A DNA stretch of 64,000 nucleotides. It comes from Spirochaetia bacterium. Its GTDB lineage: Bacteria > Spirochaetota > Spirochaetia > UBA9216. The position numbers were made by a program, and so were the translations under genes. Under the pieces are notes generated by a model that did no database searches, was not told the DNA's origin, and saw only the letters and a list, made by a program, of their open reading frames with translations. Shown piece after piece: positions 57,715 to 64,000 of the stretch (within the stretch, counting starts at the first letter, position 1; each line of letters starts with the position of its first letter). The stretch is from positions 480,001 through 544,000 of the forward strand of contig OZ223269.1 in the NCBI GenBank assembly GCA_965140585.1. Direction: 5' to 3'.

Positions 57715-60037
57715 TTACCTCATCCATCATTTCAACAGGGTGAAATGTTATGCCTTTTTTAACATGATCCGGAATCTCATCCAGATCGCGTTCATTGGCC
57801 TTGGGTATTATAATATTTTTTATGCCTGCGCGTCTTGCGGCAATTGTTTTTTCTTTAAGACCGCCTATCGGCAGAACCTTTCCTGCGAGTGAAAGTTCTC
57901 CGGTCATTGCGAGCTTCTTTTTCATCATTTTACCTTTCGCAAGAGAGAGCAGGGCAGATGCCATTGTAATACCAGCAGACGGCCCGTCCTTGGGTGTTGC
58001 ACCTTCGGGGATATGCAGATGAATCATGTTCTCGGCGAAAAACTTCGGATCCACACCATTATTTTCAGCTATATGACGGACATAGGTGTAGGCAATTCCT
58101 GCTGATTCCTGCATTACCTTGCCCATCTGGCCTGTAAGTTTGATACCTTCCTTGCCTTTAATATTCACTGCTTCGATCATAAGAGTATCTCCGCCGAAGT
58201 TTGTCCAAGCAAGTCCTACAGCCATACCGGGACTTGTGACCACCTTTATCTCATCTTCACGGAAAACAGGTTTCCCAAGGTATTCCTCAAGGTTTTCAGG
58301 GGTGATATTGAATGGTGCTTTGACATCATCAAGTACAATTTTTCGGGCAAGTTTGCGGTGAATTTTGTCCAGAGCCTTTTCATAATTGCGCATACCTGCT
58401 TCGCGGGCGTAATTTACAGCTATAGCGGAAAGGGTTTTTGTTGTGTATTTAACTTCTTTACGCTTTAGTCCTGTCTTTGTCAGCGATTTGGGTATCAGAT
58501 ATTTCTGGGCTATCTTGATTTTTTCCTGCTCAATGTATCCCGACAGCCGGATAATTTCCATACGATCCAGAAGCGGTCTTGGAATTGTATCTAGTGTATT
58601 GGCTGTGACTATGAACAGGATGTTTGAGATATCAAAGGGGAGATCAAGATAATGATCCCTGAAGCTGATATTCTGTTCCGGATCAAGTACTTCAAGCAGA
58701 GCCGAGGACGGGTCTCCCTGGTATGATGCACCCATTTTATCAATCTCATCTATCATGAAAACCGGGTCCTTGGCCTTCACTATCTTGAGTCCCTGAATAA
58801 TTTTACCCGGCATTGCGCCTACATAAGTTCTTCTATGCCCCTTGATTTCCGCCTCATCACGCATTCCTCCGACCGAAAATCTGAAAAATTCCTTATTCAG
58901 TGCGCTGGCAATGGATTTTCCTATTGATGTTTTACCGACACCCGGAGCCCCTACAAGACAAATTATGGAGCCTTTAGAATCTTTCTTGAGTTTTCTAACG
59001 GCAAGATACTCAAGAATACGTTCCTTTACATCTTCAAGCCCGTAATGATCACGGTCAAGTATGGTTCTTGCTTCTTTCATTTCGAAATTTTCAGGTTGCG
59101 GATCTTTCCATGGCAGCGAAACAATGGTGTCAAGATAGTTTCTTGTAACAACAAACTCGGATGAGTTGGGATCCATCAGTTTGAATTTCTCAAGCTCCTG
59201 GTTTACCTGCTCTTTTATTTCGCCTTTGAATTTGAAGGCATCAACAGCTTCCTTAAAACGGTTGTATTCCTCACTCTTGGCGTCCACCGGCATCCCCAGC
59301 TCTTTCTTGATCGCCTTAAGCTCTTCCTTAAGAAAGTATTCACGCTGATTCTTTTCGATCTTTTCATTGATCTGGTTCTGAATTTTACGCTGAATACGCA
59401 TCAGCTCCTGTTCCTTCTTTATGTAGACAAGAACGTTCTCAAGTCTCTTCTGGACATCCAGTGTTTCAAGGATCTTCTGCTGGTCTTTACGGTCGATATT
59501 CAGTATTGAGCTGAAAAAATCTGCGATTTTACCGGGCTGATCGATATTTACCATTGAAAGGCGCATCTCTTCCGAGAACAGCGGGTTGTTCTCGGAAAGC
59601 TGTTTCATCTCATTGATTATAGAGCGTGTAAGCGCTTTAACCTCAATAGAGTCATCATTCTCATCATCAAGATAATCAACTGCTGCAACATAGGGCTGCT
59701 CATCAGAAAGGTATTTCTTGATTTTGAAACGTTTAAGTGTTGATATGAAAATGTTTATCCCGCCGTCGGGAAGGTTGATTTTCTTAACAATTTTTCCGAC
59801 TGTACCTATATTGTACATGTCTGACGGTGCCGGATTTTCTGTTTCCTCGTCTTTAATCATCAAAAGCCCGATCATACTGTTTTGATTTAGGGCCTGATCA
59901 ACAACCGTGATATCACTTTCCGACTCGATCATCATCGGTGTAAAAATTCCGGGAAAAACCGGTTTCCCAAGCGTCGGAATAATAAACAGCCTGCTAGGTA
60001 GCATTTGATCCGCGGGCACAATTTGTTTATCTGGCAT
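57698..60037 (-). CDS. lon: Lon protease
   Basis: DHYGL, GAPGVGKTS, GHRRTYVGAMPG, PKDGPSAG, GGLKEK. Confidence 0.97.
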   Translation of the reverse strand: MPDKQIVPADQMLPSRLFIIPTLGKPVFPGIFTPMMIESESDITVVDQALNQNSMIGLLMIKDEETENPAPSDMYNIGTVGKIVKKINLPDGGINIFISTLKRFKIKKYLSDEQPYVAAVDYLDDENDDSIEVKALTRSIINEMKQLSENNPLFSEEMRLSMVNIDQPGKIADFFSSILNIDRKDQQKILETLDVQKRLENVLVYIKKEQELMRIQRKIQNQINEKIEKNQREYFLKEELKAIKKELGMPVDAKSEEYNRFKEAVDAFKFKGEIKEQVNQELEKFKLMDPNSSEFVVTRNYLDTIVSLPWKDPQPENFEMKEARTILDRDHYGLEDVKERILEYLAVRKLKKDSKGSIICLVGAPGVGKTSIGKSIASALNKEFFRFSVGGMRDEAEIKGHRRTYVGAMPGKIIQGLKIVKAKDPVFMIDEIDKMGASYQGDPSSALLEVLDPEQNISFRDHYLDLPFDISNILFIVTANTLDTIPRPLLDRMEIIRLSGYIEQEKIKIAQKYLIPKSLTKTGLKRKEVKYTTKTLSAIAVNYAREAGMRNYEKALDKIHRKLARKIVLDDVKAPFNITPENLEEYLGKPVFREDEIKVVTSPGMAVGLAWTNFGGDTLMIEAVNIKGKEGIKLTGQMGKVMQESAGIAYTYVRHIAENNGVDPKFFAENMIHLHIPEGATPKDGPSAGITMASALLSLAKGKMMKKKLAMTGELSLAGKVLPIGGLKEKTIAARRAGIKNIIIPKANERDLDEIPDHVKKGITFHPVEMMDEVIEKIF

Positions 60038-60133
60038 AGCTGAACCTCTTCTTTTAGTTTACTTATCTTAAAAATATGCAAAAAAGAGCTAAAAGGCAAA
60101 TATTGATGAGCTTTTATGTTATAATATTTTTCG

Positions 60134-60886
60134 ATGGACAGGAATTGTCAGACAGAAGCTGTCGTACTTAAAACCAGACGATTCGGTGATTTCCACAAAT
60201 CAGTTACGATGCTCAGCCCTGAACAGGGGATAATCGATGCTGTTGCCCATGGGGCTTACAAGGGCAAAAGCAGAATGAGCAGCATAACCGATATATTTGC
60301 CGTTTCAAGCTTTGATTTATATTATAATCCAACCCGTGACAGCTGGAAAATAAACAGCTGTGAATCAGCATCGCTTAACTCCGGAATCAAGGAAAATATG
60401 GATGCTTTGTGCAATGCTTCATTATGGTCGGAAGTCGTACTGAAATCTCATGCAGCCGGAGCAGATTACCTTCCAGTGTACAGCCTGCTTACATCGGCAT
60501 TAAGGCTTCTTGACAGTCACCCTGATAGGGCTGTGGAGCTTACCGTTCTGTTTCTGTACGGATTTCTTTTCGACGCAGGGTTTATATCTGATCTTGGCTC
60601 ATGCGGCCGCTGTGGAAGAGATTCTGTGAATGAATCGATGTTCTATTCACAGGTTGAAAACATATTTATCTGCGGTCGATGCAGATCTGCAGGCATGCCG
60701 GTTCTTGATGCGGACGCATCTGAATATCTTCAAAGTTATTCACGGCTTAAGCTTGAAGAAGCTCTTGAAAAAAGGTTAGATTTACAGCTGATGAAAAAAA
60801 CAAGGGATCTGCTTATAATAATTCTTAAAAGCGTTATTGAAGTTCCCCTGAAGACTTTAGGTTTTATTGAATATGATATGGAATAA
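60134..60886 (+). CDS. recO: DNA repair protein RecO
   Basis: EAVVLK...OB-fold start, CGRCG...CGRC zinc finger. TGtTATAAT 8 nt upstream of the ATG. Confidence 0.88.
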   Translation: MDRNCQTEAVVLKTRRFGDFHKSVTMLSPEQGIIDAVAHGAYKGKSRMSSITDIFAVSSFDLYYNPTRDSWKINSCESASLNSGIKENMDALCNASLWSEVVLKSHAAGADYLPVYSLLTSALRLLDSHPDRAVELTVLFLYGFLFDAGFISDLGSCGRCGRDSVNESMFYSQVENIFICGRCRSAGMPVLDADASEYLQSYSRLKLEEALEKRLDLQLMKKTRDLLIIILKSVIEVPLKTLGFIEYDME

Positions 60887-62981
60887 AAAAGATATCGACG
60901 CAGATAAAGTGAGACAGATATCCGTACGCTTCGGTCTGGATCTCCTTACCTCATCAATATTTGTACGTCGAGGTATAACTGAAAATGAAGATATTAAGTT
61001 TTATCTTGAAGATGACTCACAGTATCTGCATAATCCTTTTCTCTTTGAAGAAATGGAGGACATCATTGATCGGATAAAGCAGGCTGCTGCTGAAGAAGAA
61101 AAGGTAAAGATCTTCGGTGACCGTGATGTTGATGGTATTACGTCTACGGTGCTTATATACAATGCCCTGAAAGAAATAGGCATCGAGGCTGAATGGGCCC
61201 TGCCGACCGGTGATGAGCCTTACGGACTTACCATGCAGGCCGTCGATAGTTTTGCTGAAGTTGACGGCAGCCTGCTTATCACAGTTGACTGCGGAATATC
61301 CAACTATAATGAAATTGAATATGCAAATGAAAAGGGCATAGATACAATAGTAATCGATCATCATAACAGCCCTGAAGTTCTGCCTCCGGCATACGGAATT
61401 ATAAATCCGAAAATGGAAGACTGCTGTTATCCATTTGCTCATCTTGCGGGCTGCGGTGTCGTTTCCAAGGTTATATGGGCGCTTAGATTCTCATCACTTG
61501 ATATATACAATCAGCAGTTCTGTCTTATGAATGTTCGGCCTGGAAATGATTCGGTGATCCTTGAAGCAGTCAAGATGAAGAACCTCGTTGTTGAAGACCG
61601 GATTACGGAAACCCTGGCTCCAGGCATTGTTGATATGCAGAACACCAGATTAATGGACTTTTTATCGCTTCAGATTATTGTCTATGATGCAGAACCCCAG
61701 CTTCGAATGCTTAAATCTGTGTTCGGGCAGAATACTGATATTCATTTAGTAGATTCTGCTCCTGAGATATGGAAGGTCTTTCCGTCATTACGGGGTAGAA
61801 GTCTTCTGAAAATGAGAGACGGAAGCCGTCTTGCCCGCTACAGTGAGAAACCGCCGGGGGAACTTGATGTTCTGATCAACCTGTTTACTACTTTTATTAT
61901 GAAGAAAGACCAGGGATTTGTTCTTAAATCAGAGCATGACCTGGACCTGGTAGCACTTGGCACTATTGCCGATCTGATGCCCATAGAAAATGAAAACCGG
62001 ATTCTGATTAAACGCGGAATGAAGGTTGTTGAGAAAACTGAGCGTGAAGGACTTAGAAGCCTTCTTTCTGCACAGAATATGCTTGCACGCAGACTTAATA
62101 CGACCGATATCGGCTGGCAGATTACGCCGGTAATCAATGCAACCGGAAGAATGGGTGTTCCATCGAGAGCGGCCGAGCTCCTGCTGAGCAGTGAGCCTTC
62201 CGATATAAACCGTCTTACAACCGAGGTTGTGGAACTTAACCGTCAGCGGAAAAAACTCGGCGAGGATATTTGGAATAAACTGCTTCCTTCAGCAAAGCGC
62301 AGCTATCAGGATCTTGAAGCCAGACTGGTTCTTGTTGCTGATAAGGATCTCAACCGCGGAATTACCGGTATAATTGCATCGCGGCTTGCAAACTTCTTCG
62401 GTGTTCCGGCTATGGCTGTCTCCATCATGGAAGACAAGGCGGTCGGCTCTATAAGAAGTGCAATGAATATTAACGTTAAAGATTTTATTGCAGGTGCATC
62501 TGATATCTTTATAGATTTCGGCGGACATGATTTTGCAGCCGGTTTCAGTATGGAGCTTTCACGTTTTGCAGATTTTACAAGCCGGATAGAGGAGCTTGCC
62601 CCCGGTCTTAAAGGGGCCGACACAACTGAGGCAAGTCTTAATATTGATGCCGAACTTCCTGTCAAATATCTCAACCCTGATCTGATAAAAACCGTTGAGA
62701 TGTTTGAACCATACGGTGAAAGCAGTCCTCCGCTTGTTTTTATGGCCAGAAATATAAAGATTCTGAATATGGAAATAATGGGAAAAAATGAAAAGAATCA
62801 CCTTCGGCTGCTGTTTGAGGCTGATAAGTTTAAATGGCCTGCGGTCTACTGGAACGCTGCTGAGAAAGCAAACCGAGATTTCAGTACCGGAGAGAGAGTT
62901 GATATAGTTTTCAGGCTGGGCCGTAACTATTTTATGAATAAGGAAACCCTTCAGCTTACAATACTGGATATGAAAAGATGA
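60873..62981 (+). CDS. recJ: ssDNA exonuclease RecJ with internal insertion
   Basis: GDRDVDG, TVDCG, DHH, LGTIAD, INATGR, GSIRS, GGH, PYGE. Confidence 0.94.
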   Translation: MIWNKKDIDADKVRQISVRFGLDLLTSSIFVRRGITENEDIKFYLEDDSQYLHNPFLFEEMEDIIDRIKQAAAEEEKVKIFGDRDVDGITSTVLIYNALKEIGIEAEWALPTGDEPYGLTMQAVDSFAEVDGSLLITVDCGISNYNEIEYANEKGIDTIVIDHHNSPEVLPPAYGIINPKMEDCCYPFAHLAGCGVVSKVIWALRFSSLDIYNQQFCLMNVRPGNDSVILEAVKMKNLVVEDRITETLAPGIVDMQNTRLMDFLSLQIIVYDAEPQLRMLKSVFGQNTDIHLVDSAPEIWKVFPSLRGRSLLKMRDGSRLARYSEKPPGELDVLINLFTTFIMKKDQGFVLKSEHDLDLVALGTIADLMPIENENRILIKRGMKVVEKTEREGLRSLLSAQNMLARRLNTTDIGWQITPVINATGRMGVPSRAAELLLSSEPSDINRLTTEVVELNRQRKKLGEDIWNKLLPSAKRSYQDLEARLVLVADKDLNRGITGIIASRLANFFGVPAMAVSIMEDKAVGSIRSAMNINVKDFIAGASDIFIDFGGHDFAAGFSMELSRFADFTSRIEELAPGLKGADTTEASLNIDAELPVKYLNPDLIKTVEMFEPYGESSPPLVFMARNIKILNMEIMGKNEKNHLRLLFEADKFKWPAVYWNAAEKANRDFSTGERVDIVFRLGRNYFMNKETLQLTILDMKR

Positions 62982-63892
62982 TAAAGAAAGTTTCAGCATT
63001 ATTTTTCGCATTTGTACTTACTGCGGCATTTCTTCCGGCTGCCGAACTTATTCTTACTGATAATGTTCCTCAGGGCGGGATTATTACCGCAGTTTTAAAG
63101 GGAATAGAGGCAAGCGGCGCTGAGATTCTGCTGCAGAGAAGCGGACGGACAGTTGCCAAGACTGAAAGTTTTTTTGTCGATCTTGACGGCAATACCGCTG
63201 TAATAGCAATGCTTGGTGTTCCCTCGGACGCTGCGCCCGGAATGTATTCTGTCTCAGCAGCCGACGGAAAGAAACTTCACCTTGAAGCGATTGTGAATGT
63301 TATTGCACGTGATTTTATAAGTGAGGACATCCCGCTTACTAAATCAATGTCTACGCTTCGTCAGTCTGAAGATATCCGAAAAGCCGAAGAGTGGAAGATC
63401 CTCTATGGAATACTGACATCGGTCAATCCGGACTCTGTATATATGAGTTCTGATTTTTCACTTCCGGTAACTGCTCTCCGTCAGACCTCGTTCTTCGGTG
63501 ACCGAAGACGCTACCTTTATGATGACGGAACAACTGCCACATCATTGCACAATGGTATTGATTATTCCGCTGTACCCGGGACTCCGATTTATGCTCCGGG
63601 TCCGGGGAAGGTTGTATTTGCTGATATGAGGATTCTTACCGGTAATACTGTTGTGATAGAGCATCTTCCCGGTGTTTATTCCCTTTATTATCACATGCAG
63701 GAAATAAACACGGAGGCCGGAACAATGCTGAAAGAAAGGGAGCTTATAGGTACAGTCGGAGCCACAGGTCTGGTTACCGGAGCCCATCTTCACTGGGAGA
63801 TACGTGTAGCCGGAGTTGCCGTAGAGCCCGAGACCTGGCTTACTGAAAGCCTTATTGACAAAGACTTTATAATAAGTAATATTAAACAATAA
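62978..63892 (+). CDS. M23 family metallopeptidase, secreted
   Basis: HNGID, YYH, GATG..TGAHLHW. Confidence 0.92.
   Translation: MIKKVSALFFAFVLTAAFLPAAELILTDNVPQGGIITAVLKGIEASGAEILLQRSGRTVAKTESFFVDLDGNTAVIAMLGVPSDAAPGMYSVSAADGKKLHLEAIVNVIARDFISEDIPLTKSMSTLRQSEDIRKAEEWKILYGILTSVNPDSVYMSSDFSLPVTALRQTSFFGDRRRYLYDDGTTATSLHNGIDYSAVPGTPIYAPGPGKVVFADMRILTGNTVVIEHLPGVYSLYYHMQEINTEAGTMLKERELIGTVGATGLVTGAHLHWEIRVAGVAVEPETWLTESLIDKDFIISNIKQ
63855..63882 (+). promoter_or_regulatory. Possible sigma70 promoter for rpsU inside the M23 gene 3' end
   Basis: TTGACA-16 nt-TAATAT. Confidence 0.45.
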
Positions 63893-63917
63893 TTATACAC
63901 AAAAGGGGGTGATTGCT

Positions 63918-64000
63918 ATCGCTCATGTTAACATTGATGAAGGCGAGCCGCTCGAAAAGGCTATAAAACGCTTTAAGAGAATGGTTGAGAAAGAAGGTAT
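63918..64000 (+). CDS. rpsU: 30S ribosomal protein bS21 (5' part, runs off the window)
   Basis: Translation (I/M)AHVNIDEGEPLEKAIKRFKRMVEKEG matches bS21. Not in the ORF track. Confidence 0.9.
   Translation, partial: MAHVNIDEGEPLEKAIKRFKRMVEKEG

Noticed and set aside
1-64000. Mobile elements, tRNA/rRNA genes, and the many short overlapping ORFs in the track
   Set aside because: No transposase, integrase or phage motifs and no tRNA/rRNA signatures were recognised. The short ORFs overlap well-supported genes in other frames or on the other strand.

Overview
Gene-dense core-chromosome segment of a spirochaete. A free-living Spirochaetales-like organism is inferred from the type-2 IleRS, the rnf-GH57 and prfB neighbourhoods, and the maf genes. 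It carries ileS-lipoprotein-hisHF, hisS, pcnB, a complete rnfCDGEAB operon, a long co-directional run (Cas2-like gene, prfB with +1 frameshift, cheY-like, PEGA, ftsY, lolCDE, mcsA-mcsB-clpC, exonuclease, rnz), a coupled four-gene operon of two hyper-acidic proteins plus two Maf-family glycosyltransferases, ftsB-like, ilvD, a U32 gene, a ROK/GATase-like pair, capA-lon, recO-recJ-M23 and the start of rpsU. No rRNA, tRNA, transposase, integrase, prophage or CRISPR array was seen. Main points of interest: (1) an orphan, apparently leaderless Cas2-like gene heading the prfB run with no other cas gene or array; (2) an operon with a sigma28-type -10 box whose 940-aa acidic protein contains a 20 x 21-bp repeat, linked to flagellin-glycosylation genes; (3) several apparent pseudo-enzymes (McsB, GH57, GH20-like, a gluzincin-like TPR protein, and a DnaQ-like insert in RecJ); (4) probable non-canonical starts for lolD (CTG) and rpsU (ATC); (5) many leaderless-type promoters; (6) a candidate anti-SD sRNA and an unannotated 48-aa ORF. 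All family calls come from motif recognition by eye, not database searches.
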